A program made the position numbers and the translations under genes. The notes under the pieces were generated by a model. It saw only the letters and a program-made list of their open reading frames with translations. It was not told where the DNA came from and made no database searches. Shown one piece after another: positions 12,473-24,585 of a stretch of 64,000 bases of DNA (position 1 is its first letter; every line of letters starts with the position of its first letter). Origin of the DNA: Nannocystis bainbridge (GTDB lineage: Bacteria; Myxococcota_A; Polyangia; Nannocystales; Nannocystaceae); the NCBI RefSeq assembly GCF_028368995.1, contig NZ_JAQNDL010000001.1, positions 3,104,001 to 3,168,000 of the forward strand. Reading direction: 5' to 3'.

Positions 12473-13342
12473 ATGCCCCGCACCACCGTCGTCGCCTCGC
12501 TCCTCCTCGCCTCCGTCGCCGCCCTCGCCGCTTGCAGCAAGCACTCCGACGTGGCCAGCCTGAACGCCCCCGAGTCGTCCGGCTACACGCCCGCGGGCGC
12601 CCAGTTCGAGGCAGCCAACGCGGCCGACGCCCCCGCCCCGATGGCCCCGAGCAAGGGCGAGGCGAGCGTGAGCGGCGAGCTCGCCGAACGCGAGCGGTCG
12701 CGCGGCATCGGCACCGCTTATGGCGAGCAACGCTCGAGCTCGGTGCGCGGCACCCGGTTCGAACGCGCCGACGCCTACAACCCCGATCTGGTGCTCAGCC
12801 TGCGCTACAACGACGCCGCGGGGGTCCAGCAGATCGCCCAGCACAAGACCGGCTCGCCCTACCTCTTGCCGGCGAGCCGCCAGAGCGACGCCGTCAGCGT
12901 CGTCCTGCGCGACGAGTCCGGCTCGCCGCTGTCGGCCGCGCAGGTCGGCAGCGATGTCTACGCGATCGGGGAGATCGGTGCACGCTACTCGATCGGCGTC
13001 GAGAACCACACGGGCCAGCGCCTGGAGGTCGTGGCCTCGGTCGACGGCCTCGACGTGCTCGACGGCGCCGAGGCTGATTTCCACAAGCGCGGCTACGTGG
13101 TCGCCCCATACACCAGCTTCGCCATCGAGGGCTGGCGGACCTCCGACGACACGGTCGCCGCCTTCCGCTTCAGCGACACCGACGCCGGCTACGCGGCGCA
13201 GATGGGCAAGCCCCGCAACATCGGCGTCATCGGCGTCGCCTTCTTCCGCGAGTCCGGCCACGACGATCTGCTACGCCGCGACTCCGCCGACCCGTTCCCC
13301 AACCGCTACGCGCCGCCGCCGCCGTCCTACCGCGGCTACTGA
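12473..13342 (+). CDS. Hypothetical lipoprotein
   Basis: Lipobox LAAC; globular C-terminal region (VASVDGLDVLDG...GYVVAPY...IGVIGVAFF); typical codon bias. Confidence 0.75.
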   Translation: MPRTTVVASLLLASVAALAACSKHSDVASLNAPESSGYTPAGAQFEAANAADAPAPMAPSKGEASVSGELAERERSRGIGTAYGEQRSSSVRGTRFERADAYNPDLVLSLRYNDAAGVQQIAQHKTGSPYLLPASRQSDAVSVVLRDESGSPLSAAQVGSDVYAIGEIGARYSIGVENHTGQRLEVVASVDGLDVLDGAEADFHKRGYVVAPYTSFAIEGWRTSDDTVAAFRFSDTDAGYAAQMGKPRNIGVIGVAFFRESGHDDLLRRDSADPFPNRYAPPPPSYRGY

Positions 13343-13440
13343 TCTTCCCGTGCAGGCGCCGACGACGCGCAGCCGCGAGGCGCGCGTCGATTTTTTTCCC
13401 GCGCACCTGTAACGGCGACAGCGAAGCGGGAACTCGAGCG

Positions 13441-15297
<1,857 letters not shown>

Positions 15298-15337
15298 GAC
15301 ATACTCACAGTTTCTCCTGGTCCTCCCAGGTGCACGC

Positions 15338-15374
15338 AAAAAGAGACCCTCGGGGTCCGCACCCGAAAGATCCC
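15338..15374 (-). terminator. Terminator-like hairpin in the 5' leader of the tuf paralog (attenuator)
   Basis: Minus strand GGGATCTTTCGGG-TGCGGAC-CCCGAGGGTCTC-TTTTT, about 40 nt upstream of the start codon. Confidence 0.7.
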
Positions 15375-15565
15375 GTACCTTCAATGCATCACATGTCCAT
15401 TCGGACATACGCAGCATTGAGATCCCACGCGAAGATCCCGCCCGTCACCGGCGACCGCCGGCGTGAACGAATCACGCCGGGCGCCGGCGCTCAGGCGCCG
15501 AAAACCTCGCAGACCGGGTCTGCCACCCGATCAAAGCGTCCTGCAGCTCGCCCGGAGCCGCCGCC

Positions 15566-15643
15566 TCAGGCGCACGACAAGTCCAGGAGCTGCGGCTGCG
15601 AGAGCGCGAGCTGCGACTGGACGATGCGGGTGGCGCGAAGCAT
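15566..15643 (-). CDS. Putative 25-aa leader peptide
   Basis: MLRATRIVQSQLALSQPQLLDLSCA*, starting about 9 nt downstream of a predicted -10 element. Confidence 0.4.
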   Translation of the reverse strand: MLRATRIVQSQLALSQPQLLDLSCA

Positions 15644-15652
15644 GACGTCGCT

Positions 15653-15681
15653 CGAATAGCACGACCCCGCCGGGTCGTCAA
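15653..15681 (-). promoter_or_regulatory. Putative sigma70 promoter for the tuf-paralog leader
   Basis: TTGACG-N17-TATTCG with a TGn extended -10 on the minus strand. Confidence 0.5.
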
Positions 15682-15741
15682 CTATCACCATAGCCGAATA
15701 CGACGACCGCGGAATCGCGCGGTCGCCCTGACGATCGGCGC

Positions 15742-16797
<1,056 letters not shown>

Positions 16798-16969
16798 CGG
16801 GGCCCAAACGTCGCACGGGATGCGCCGCCAGGGAAGAGGCCCGCGTCATCAGGCCCCCGCGGACGGCCGCGGCCGCCGGACCGCGCCCACGGTTTTTTCC
16901 CGCCGACCCGGGCCTTCCCCTCGCCTTGCCGGTTTTGCCGGCCGCGCCGACGCGGCATCATCGCCGCGC

Positions 16970-18580
16970 GTGCCCCTCAGGCTCCCCCCACCGCCAGCTC
17001 CGCCGCTGCGCCTGCGCCACAGCCTCGCCGCGCGAATCACCGCCCTCGTGGTCCTCGTGGTCATCACCAGCGGCGTCACCTCGCTGCTGATCATCCGCGA
17101 GCTCCGCGCCCTCAAGGTCAGCTTCGACCTCCTCACCATCATCTACGTCAAGTTCAACCAGGACCTCACCACCGCCTATCGCCAGTCGGTCCGCATCAGC
17201 ACCCACGCCCGCGAGCGCCGCGGCAGCGAGGTCCAGCGCCTCAGCTCCGGCCTCGAGGCCACCCTCGCCGAGGCCTTCGAGATGCGCGCCGAACAGGTCC
17301 AGCAGGCCCGCTCCGTGCTCGACAGCGCGATCGCCCACCCCGAGCGGCTCGGCGGCGAAGAGGCCGTCCGCACCCTCCGCGAATTCCGCGAGGTCCTGAG
17401 CCGGCTCGAGGACCTGGCAGCGGCCGCCGCCAACCAGAACCCGGCCGAGGCGCTGGCCGACGTGCGCACGCAGAACGAGATCAGCGAGCTGTTCCGTCGC
17501 CTCGACGAGCAGGTCTCGCGCGCGATCATCGACCTGCAGATCCAGGTCAGCGAGCGCGAGCGCGAAACCGAGCGGACCATCGCCCTGCTCGCCGCCGCCA
17601 CCGCCGTCATGGCCCTCCTCGCGGCCCTCGGCGTGATCTGGACCCTGCGGCCGCTGCGGCGCCTGGCGATCAGCGTGCGCCAGCTCGGCGAGGGCGACTG
17701 GGCCCAGCGGGTCGCCGCCCCCGGGGCCCTGCGCGGCGACGAGGTCGGCCGCCTCGCGCTCGAGTTCAACCACATGGCCGAGGCGCTGCAGGAGCGCGAG
17801 CGCCGGCTGATCCGCGGCGAGCGCCTGGCCGCCGTGGGCCAGCTCGCGGCCCAGGTCACGCACGAGATCCGCAACCCGCTGTCGAGCGTGGCCCTCAACG
17901 TCGAGCTGCTCGACGACGAGATCGCCTCGGCCAGCCCCGAGGCGCAGCAGCTCCTGCGCAAGATCACCGCCGAGATCGATCGCCTCACCGCGATCACCGA
18001 GGACTACCTCGGCCTGGCCCGCCGCAAGCCGCCCGAGCGCGTGCCGACCGACCTCGCGGCCGAGCTCCACAGCCTGGTCGACTTCATGGCCGAGGAGCTG
18101 GCCAGCGTCGGCGTCGAGGTCGTCGTCGAGGCGCCCGCGCCGGCGTGGGTGCTGGGCGACGCCGGCCAGCTGCGGCAGCTTTTCATGAACCTGCTGCGCA
18201 ACGCCCAGGAGGCGCTGGTCGGCAGCCGCGGCGGGTCCGCCGGCGATCTGGGCGACCTCGGCGATCTCCCCTCGGACCTCGCGCGGACCCCGAGGATCGC
18301 CGTGCGCCTGCGTCAGGGCCCGGAGGTCGTCCGCGTCCTCATCGAGGACAACGGCCCCGGCCTGCCGGTCGCCGACGTCGACAAGGTGTTCGAGGCCTTC
18401 TTCACGGCCAAGCCGCAAGGCACCGGCCTCGGGCTCTCGATCGTCCAGCAGCTCGCGCAGGACCACGAGGGCAGCGTGCGCGTGGCCGCCACCGGCCCCG
18501 AGGGCACCACCTTCGAGGTCCAGATCCCGGCTTGCGCTCCTCCGCCCCCCTCCGTATCCTCGGCGGGCGTACCCGTCTGA
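16970..18580 (+). CDS. HAMP-domain sensor histidine kinase (NtrB-like)
   Basis: 2 TM segments, HAMP (DEVGRLALEFNHM), H-box THEIRNPL, N-box NLLRNA, DNGPG, GTGLGL; no adjacent response regulator. Confidence 0.9.
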   Translation: MPLRLPPPPAPPLRLRHSLAARITALVVLVVITSGVTSLLIIRELRALKVSFDLLTIIYVKFNQDLTTAYRQSVRISTHARERRGSEVQRLSSGLEATLAEAFEMRAEQVQQARSVLDSAIAHPERLGGEEAVRTLREFREVLSRLEDLAAAAANQNPAEALADVRTQNEISELFRRLDEQVSRAIIDLQIQVSERERETERTIALLAAATAVMALLAALGVIWTLRPLRRLAISVRQLGEGDWAQRVAAPGALRGDEVGRLALEFNHMAEALQERERRLIRGERLAAVGQLAAQVTHEIRNPLSSVALNVELLDDEIASASPEAQQLLRKITAEIDRLTAITEDYLGLARRKPPERVPTDLAAELHSLVDFMAEELASVGVEVVVEAPAPAWVLGDAGQLRQLFMNLLRNAQEALVGSRGGSAGDLGDLGDLPSDLARTPRIAVRLRQGPEVVRVLIEDNGPGLPVADVDKVFEAFFTAKPQGTGLGLSIVQQLAQDHEGSVRVAATGPEGTTFEVQIPACAPPPPSVSSAGVPV

Positions 18581-18597
18581 GGTCGCACACCCGCCCC

Positions 18598-19386
18598 ATG
18601 CCCATCCGCTCGCTCGTCGCCTCCGCCCTGTTCGCCGTGGTCGCCTCGCTCGGCTGCAACTTCATCATGAACCCCGACGGCGACGGGATCTTCCGCTGCG
18701 ACAACGCGGACGACTGCGACGTCCCCCTGGCCGAGCACCTCTCCGACAAGCGCGGGCAGTCGAGCTGCGCCGCGGCCGGCGGCGGCGGCGGCGGCTTCAC
18801 CCAGAGCCAGGACAACAAGGTCTGCAGCATCCTCGACAAAGAGGACGTGAGCTGCAACCCGGCGCCCTACCTCGACGACGACAGCGTCCCGGTCGCCAAG
18901 ACCTACAACGACGCCCTCGACGAGGCCGCCGCGTACTCGTGCGCCCCCGAGCAGTACGGCAGCGCCGGCTGTCCGCCCAACGGCAGCGCCTGCAACGCCG
19001 GCCTGCAGGTCCGCACCTACGAGTCGCTGAGCGGCGACGCCGGCAACCCGGAGCAGACCGAGGTCAAGGTGTGCGCGCCCGAGGGCACCGCCGCCGTGAT
19101 CGGCAACAGCGCCCTGCGCGGCTTCGACGTGCTCGACCAGCACTGCCGCTCGTACTTCTGCGACGAGGACTTCGTGTGCAACCGCGGCAGCGGCACCAGC
19201 AGCGGCTGGCGCTGCGTCCGCTGCGACCCCGACCGCGCCTACGGCAACGGCGGCTGCGGCACCATGTACCTGCAGGGCGCCCCCTCGACGGTCTACACCG
19301 ACCCCAGCAAGTCCTGCGAGAGCGTCGCCGCCGCCGACAAGACCGACTTCGGCCCCGCCGTCCTCGCGCCGCCCCCGGCCCCCTGA
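18598..19386 (+). CDS. Cys-rich lipoprotein
   Basis: MPIRSLVASALFAVVASLGC lipobox; many Cys. Confidence 0.75.
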   Translation: MPIRSLVASALFAVVASLGCNFIMNPDGDGIFRCDNADDCDVPLAEHLSDKRGQSSCAAAGGGGGGFTQSQDNKVCSILDKEDVSCNPAPYLDDDSVPVAKTYNDALDEAAAYSCAPEQYGSAGCPPNGSACNAGLQVRTYESLSGDAGNPEQTEVKVCAPEGTAAVIGNSALRGFDVLDQHCRSYFCDEDFVCNRGSGTSSGWRCVRCDPDRAYGNGGCGTMYLQGAPSTVYTDPSKSCESVAAADKTDFGPAVLAPPPAP

Positions 19387-19403
19387 GCCGTCGGCTCCGC
19401 TGC

Positions 19404-19487
19404 TGTCCCTGCGGACATGCCCCTCCGGGCATGTCCCTGCGAGCATGCCCCCGCGAGCATGTTCCTGCGAACATGTCCCTCCGGACA
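19404..19487. repeat. Array of six phased 14-bp palindromes
   Basis: TGTCCCTGCGGACA|TGCCCCTCCGGGCA|TGTCCCTGCGAGCA|TGCCCCCGCGAGCA|TGTTCCTGCGAACA|TGTCCCTCCGGACA. Confidence 0.92.
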
Positions 19488-19570
19488 TGCCCTTCGCGGC
19501 CCGTCCTGGCGCCCGCTCCGCGCGCCGCGGGCTTCCCGGCACGGACGAGCTCGGCTAGACTCGCCGGTCG

Positions 19571-20791
19571 ATGGCGGGCTCCTCTGGCGCTTCCGGACAT
19601 GTCCCTTCGGCCAGCCCGCCGCTGCTGCTGCTGCGCGGCGCCGAGGTGTTCGCCCCCGCCGCGCTCGGCGTCTGCGACGTCCTGCTCGCCGGCGGCAAGA
19701 TCGCCGCGATCGCCCCCGAGCTGCCGGCCCTCCCGCCCGAGCTCGCGGCCGTGCACGACCTCCGCGGCCACCGGCTGATCCCCGGCCTCATCGACGCCCA
19801 CGTCCACCTCATCGGCGGCGGCGGCGAGGCCGGCCCGAGCACCCGCGTCCCGCCGATCACCCTCAGCCAGCTCACCCGCGCCGGCATCACCTCCGTCGTC
19901 GGCGTCCTCGGCACTGACGGCACCACCCGCACCGTCGCCGACCTCGTCGCCCGCACCCTCGGCCTGCGCGACGAGGGCCTGTCCGCCTGGTGCTACACCG
20001 GCAGCTACGAGCTGCCCGTGCCCACGCTCACCGGCAGCGTGCGCCGCGACCTCGTGTTCGTCGACCCGATCATCGGCGTCGGCGAGCTGGCCCTGTCCGA
20101 CCACCGCTCCTCCCAGCCGACCCTCGACGAGCTGCTGCGGGTCGCCGCCGACGTCCACGTCGGCGGCATGATGGCGGGCAAGGCCGGCATCGTGCACCTG
20201 CACATGGGCGACGGCCTGCGCGGCCTCGACCTCGTGCGTCGGGCCCTCGACGTGAGCGAGCTGCCGCCGCGGGTGTTCCACCCGACCCACGTCAACCGCA
20301 ACCGGCGGCTGTTCATCGAGGCGGGCGAGCTCGTCGCGCGCGGCTGCAGCGTCGACGTCACCGCCTTCCCGCCCGAAGATGACCCCGGGGACAGCCTCTA
20401 CGCCGCCGACGCGATCGACCGCTGGATCGCGCAGGGCCTGCCGGTAAGCCGGCTCACGTGCTCCTCCGACGGGGCCGGCTGCATGCCGGTGTTCGACGGC
20501 CACGGGCACATCTGCGCCATGGACGTCGGCCGTCCGACCACCCTCAGCGACACCCTGACCGAGCTCCTGGCCCGCGGGCGGGACCTCGCCGAGGTCCTCC
20601 CGATCTTCACGGTCAACGTCGCCGACCTCCTGCGCCTCGGGCACAAGGGCCGGCTCGCCGCGGGGGCCGACGCCGACCTCGTCGCCCTCGACGACCACGG
20701 TCACATCGCCGGCGTGATCGCCCGGGGCAGGTGGCTGATCCAGGGCGGTCAAACAGTGGTATGCGGGCCCTTCGAGAGGTCTGCCTCGTGA
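19571..20791 (+). CDS. iadA: Isoaspartyl dipeptidase (beta-aspartyl peptidase)
   Basis: PGLIDAHVHLIGGGGEAG, LGTDG, YTGSY, GELALSDHRSS, PTHVNRN, SSDG; start uncertain. Confidence 0.93.
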   Translation: MAGSSGASGHVPSASPPLLLLRGAEVFAPAALGVCDVLLAGGKIAAIAPELPALPPELAAVHDLRGHRLIPGLIDAHVHLIGGGGEAGPSTRVPPITLSQLTRAGITSVVGVLGTDGTTRTVADLVARTLGLRDEGLSAWCYTGSYELPVPTLTGSVRRDLVFVDPIIGVGELALSDHRSSQPTLDELLRVAADVHVGGMMAGKAGIVHLHMGDGLRGLDLVRRALDVSELPPRVFHPTHVNRNRRLFIEAGELVARGCSVDVTAFPPEDDPGDSLYAADAIDRWIAQGLPVSRLTCSSDGAGCMPVFDGHGHICAMDVGRPTTLSDTLTELLARGRDLAEVLPIFTVNVADLLRLGHKGRLAAGADADLVALDDHGHIAGVIARGRWLIQGGQTVVCGPFERSAS

Positions 20792-21633
20792 GCCCAGCAC
20801 GCATCGAAGAGCACCACAGCCGCGGGTGGATCGTCCCTGTCGGCGGCGCCGAAGAGAAGGAGCAGGACCCGGTCATCCTCCGCCGCTTCGTCGAGATCAG
20901 CGGCGGGGCGGGCGCCCGGATCGCCGTCATTCCGACCGCCTCGCGCCTCGCCGACACCGGCGTCCGCTACGAAAAGATCTTCCGCCAGTTGGGCGCCCAC
21001 AGCGCTCGCGCCTTGCCGTTCGAGACCCGCGCCGACGCCGAGCGCGAGGACTGGCTCGGCATCCTCGAGCAGGCCACCGGCGTCTTCTTCACCGGCGGCA
21101 ACCAGCTGCAGCTCAGCACGATCCTCGGCGGCACCTCCGTCGCCCGCTCGATCCGCAAGCTCAACGCCCGCGGCGTCACGGTCGGCGGCACGTCCGCCGG
21201 CGCCGCGATTCTCTCCGAGCACATGATCGCCTTTGGCCAGGGGGGCGCGACCCCCAAGGCGGGTCTCGCATCGCTGGCGCCGGGCTTCGGCCTGACCAAC
21301 CGCGTCGTCATCGACCAGCACTTCCGCCAGCGCGACCGGCTGGGCAGACTGCTGTCGGTCCTCGCCTTCAACCCCTTCGCCGTCGGCATCGGCCTCGACG
21401 AAGACACCGCCGCCTTCCTCGGCCCTGACGACGTCATGCACGTCGACGGCGCCGGCGCCATCACCCTCGTGGACGTCGCCAACCTCGAGCACTCCTCGAT
21501 GGCCTTCGCGAAACCCGGTCAACCCATCTGTTTGACCGGCATCAAGCTGCATATCCTCACCAAGGGCGCGCGCTACAATTTCGTCACCCGCGAGGCCGTC
21601 CCGCCGCTGCCGCCGCCCGACGACGACGACTGA
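20788..21633 (+). CDS. cphB: Cyanophycinase
   Basis: GGAEEK, IPTAS, FTGGNQ, GTSAGA (catalytic Ser), IDQHFRQRDRLGRL, GIGLDEDT; GTGA overlap with iadA. Confidence 0.93.
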   Translation: MSPARIEEHHSRGWIVPVGGAEEKEQDPVILRRFVEISGGAGARIAVIPTASRLADTGVRYEKIFRQLGAHSARALPFETRADAEREDWLGILEQATGVFFTGGNQLQLSTILGGTSVARSIRKLNARGVTVGGTSAGAAILSEHMIAFGQGGATPKAGLASLAPGFGLTNRVVIDQHFRQRDRLGRLLSVLAFNPFAVGIGLDEDTAAFLGPDDVMHVDGAGAITLVDVANLEHSSMAFAKPGQPICLTGIKLHILTKGARYNFVTREAVPPLPPPDDDD

Positions 21634-21702
21634 TCGATACTCACCTCGCGGCCTGCTGCTCTCCGCCTCTCCGGTCCACGACAACCTGCCCCAAGGGACA
21701 TC

Positions 21703-24564
21703 ATGCAGATCCTCGAGCGTCGCGTCTACCGCGGTCCCAACCTCTACGCCCACTTCCCGGTCATCCGGATGAACCTCGACCTCGGCGAGCTCGAGCAGTG
21801 GCCGAGCGCGAAGATCCCGGGCTTCGTCGATGGGCTGCTCGAGGCGCTGCCGAGCCTGCAGCAGCACACCTGCTCGTATGGTGACGCGGGAGGGTTCGTC
21901 CGCCGCCTGCGCGAGGACAGCGGCACCTGGCTCGGCCACGTGCTCGAGCACGTCGCCATCGAGATCCAGGTGCTCACCGGGGCCAAGGTCAGCTTCGGCA
22001 AGACCCGCAGCACCGGCGCCACCGGCCAGTACTACGTCGTCTACGAGTACGAAGAGGAGCGCGTCGGCGAGGCCGCCAGCGACCTCGCGCTCGACCTCCT
22101 GCACTCGCTCCTGCCTGACGGTTTCGAGGGTCGCAAGGGCGTGCCCGAAGGCTTCGATTTCCCGTCGCGGCTCGAGGACCTGATCGCCTTCGCCCAGAAG
22201 CGCCAGTTCGGCCCCTCGACCGCCTCGCTGGTGCGGGCGGCCGAGCGGCGCGACATCCCGTGGATCCGCCTCAACGACCAGTCGCTGGTCCAGTTCGGCC
22301 ACGGCCGCTACCAGAAGCGCATCCGCGCCACCGTCACCTCCGAGACTCGCCACATCGCCGTCGAGATCGCCAGCGACAAAGAGGAGACCAACAAGATCCT
22401 CGGCGACCTCGGCCTCCCGGTCCCGCGCCAGCACCTCGTGCGCACCGCCGATCGGGCCGTCGCCGCCGCCACGCGGCTCGGCTTCCCCGTGGTCGTCAAG
22501 CCGCTCGACGCCAACCACGGCCGCGGCGTCTCGATCGACCTGCAGAGCGAGACCGCCGTGCGGGCCGCCTTCGAGAAGGCCCAGGAGCACTCCAACAGCG
22601 TCATCGTCGAGACCTACATCCCCGGCTTCGACCACCGCATGTTGGTCGTCGCCGGCGAGCTGATCGCCGTCGCCAAGCGCGTCCCGGGCCACGTCGTCGG
22701 CGACGGCGAGCGGACCATCACCCAGCTCATCGAGCACGTGAACAGCGACCCGCGGCGCGGCATCGGCCACGAGAAGGTCCTCACCCGCATCGAGCTCGAT
22801 TACCAGGCGCGGCGGCTGCTCGAGCTCAAGGGTTACACCGCCGACACCGTGCCGGCCGCCGGCGAAGAGGTCTACCTGCGCAGCACCGGCAACCTCAGCA
22901 CTGGCGGCACCGCGATCGACCTCACCGACGTCTGCCACCACGACAACCGCGAGATGGCGGTGCGCGCCGCCAAGGCGATCGGCCTCGACATCTGCGGCAT
23001 CGACTTCATCACCCCTGACATCACCCGCAGCCACCGCGAGGCCGGCGGCGGCATCTGCGAGGTCAACGCCGCCCCCGGCTTCCGCATGCACGTCGCGCCC
23101 ACCGAGGGCACCCCGCGCGACGTCGCCGGCCCGGTCATGGAGATGTTGTTCCCGCCCGGCACCCCGAGCCGGATCCCCATCGCCGCCGTCACCGGCACCA
23201 ACGGCAAGACCACCGTCTGCCGCATGATCGCCCACATCCACAAGATGTCCGGCGCCACCGTCGGCCTGTGCACCACTGACGGCGTCTACATCGACGGCGA
23301 GCGCACCGTCGTCGGCGACATGACCGGCCCCGTCGCCGCGCAGATGGTCTTGCGCGACCCGCTGGTCGACCTCGCCGTCCTCGAGACCGCGCGCGGCGGC
23401 CTGCTGCGCGCCGGCATGGGCTACCGCGCCTGCAACGTCGGCGCCGTCCTCAACGTCACCGCCGATCACCTCGGCCTCGGCGGCATCGACAACCTCGACC
23501 AGCTCGCCGAGCTCAAGCGCATCGTCGTCGAGGTCGCGCGCGACTGCGCCGTGCTCAACGCCGACGACGAGCACTGCCTGCGCATGGCCGACTACACCCA
23601 GGCCAACCGCATCGGCTACGTCACCACCAGCCCCAAGCACGACCTCGTGCGCCGGCACATCCGCGCCGGCGGCCTCGCGGTCGTGCTCGAGGAGGGCATC
23701 AACGGCGACATGATCACCGTCTACGACCGCGGCTCGCACATCCCGCTGCTGTGGACGCACCTCATCCCCGCCACCCTCGAGGGCAAGGCGCTGCACAACG
23801 TGCAGAACGCGATGTTCGCCACCTGCGTCGCCTACGCCATGGGCGTCAAGCTCGAGAACATCCGCCAGGGCCTGCGCACCTTCGACAGCACCTACTTCCA
23901 GGCGCCCGGCCGGCTCAACGTGTTCGAGGAGCTGCCGTTCAAGGTCATCCTCGACTACGGCCACAACCCCGCGGCCGTGCGCGCCATGGCCAGCCTGGTC
24001 TCGCGGCTCGACGTCAAGGGCAAGCGGGTCTGCGTGCTCGCGGCCCCCGGCGACCGCCGTGACGCCGACATCGCCGAGATCGCCCGCCACGCCGCGCCCG
24101 CCTTCGACCAGTTCATCATCCGCCAGGACGACGGCCTGCGCGGCCGCGCCTCCGGCGAGGTCGCCGACCTGCTGCGCACCGGCCTCCTGCAGCAGGGCGT
24201 CGCCGAGAGCAAGATCCAGATCATCCTCGACGAGCAGCGCTCGATCGACGCCGCCCTCGCCGCCTGCGATCAGGGCGACCTGCTGCTGATCTTCGGCGAC
24301 AACATCTCGCGCTGCTGGAAGCAGATCGTCCGCTTCCGCGAGGACCGGTTCGCCCCGGCCGCCCGCGCCGCCGCCACCTCGAGCGTCGGCCAGCTCGCCG
24401 TCGGCCTGCCGAGCAACCCCACCGGTCACCTCGCCGGCCAGCCCGTCGGCCTCACCGGCCCGGTCAACGACGACCGCCCGGTCGAGGACCGGACCACCCC
24501 GTCCGGCGTCGTCGAGGACGCCCGCGGCGTCCGCCTCGCCCGCGACGCCGGGCTCGACGACTGA
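21703..24564 (+). CDS. cphA: Cyanophycin synthetase
   Basis: RGPN N-terminus, HTCS...HVLEHVA N-domain site, ATP-grasp (VVKPLDANHGRGV, EVNAAPGFRMH), Mur-ligase domain (TGTNGKTT, ETARGG, DYGHN). Confidence 0.96.
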   Translation: MQILERRVYRGPNLYAHFPVIRMNLDLGELEQWPSAKIPGFVDGLLEALPSLQQHTCSYGDAGGFVRRLREDSGTWLGHVLEHVAIEIQVLTGAKVSFGKTRSTGATGQYYVVYEYEEERVGEAASDLALDLLHSLLPDGFEGRKGVPEGFDFPSRLEDLIAFAQKRQFGPSTASLVRAAERRDIPWIRLNDQSLVQFGHGRYQKRIRATVTSETRHIAVEIASDKEETNKILGDLGLPVPRQHLVRTADRAVAAATRLGFPVVVKPLDANHGRGVSIDLQSETAVRAAFEKAQEHSNSVIVETYIPGFDHRMLVVAGELIAVAKRVPGHVVGDGERTITQLIEHVNSDPRRGIGHEKVLTRIELDYQARRLLELKGYTADTVPAAGEEVYLRSTGNLSTGGTAIDLTDVCHHDNREMAVRAAKAIGLDICGIDFITPDITRSHREAGGGICEVNAAPGFRMHVAPTEGTPRDVAGPVMEMLFPPGTPSRIPIAAVTGTNGKTTVCRMIAHIHKMSGATVGLCTTDGVYIDGERTVVGDMTGPVAAQMVLRDPLVDLAVLETARGGLLRAGMGYRACNVGAVLNVTADHLGLGGIDNLDQLAELKRIVVEVARDCAVLNADDEHCLRMADYTQANRIGYVTTSPKHDLVRRHIRAGGLAVVLEEGINGDMITVYDRGSHIPLLWTHLIPATLEGKALHNVQNAMFATCVAYAMGVKLENIRQGLRTFDSTYFQAPGRLNVFEELPFKVILDYGHNPAAVRAMASLVSRLDVKGKRVCVLAAPGDRRDADIAEIARHAAPAFDQFIIRQDDGLRGRASGEVADLLRTGLLQQGVAESKIQIILDEQRSIDAALAACDQGDLLLIFGDNISRCWKQIVRFREDRFAPAARAAATSSVGQLAVGLPSNPTGHLAGQPVGLTGPVNDDRPVEDRTTPSGVVEDARGVRLARDAGLDD

Positions 24565-24585
24565 CCTGACCCGAAGGACAGGACC

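Noticed and set aside
15298-15417. 40-aa N-terminal extension of EF-Tu in the ORF track
   Set aside because: It runs through the terminator hairpin with atypical codons; homology starts at MSIKPH.
19404-19487. 14-bp arrays as a CRISPR array
   Set aside because: Units are too short and degenerate, there are no 25-45 bp unique spacers, and no cas genes are present.
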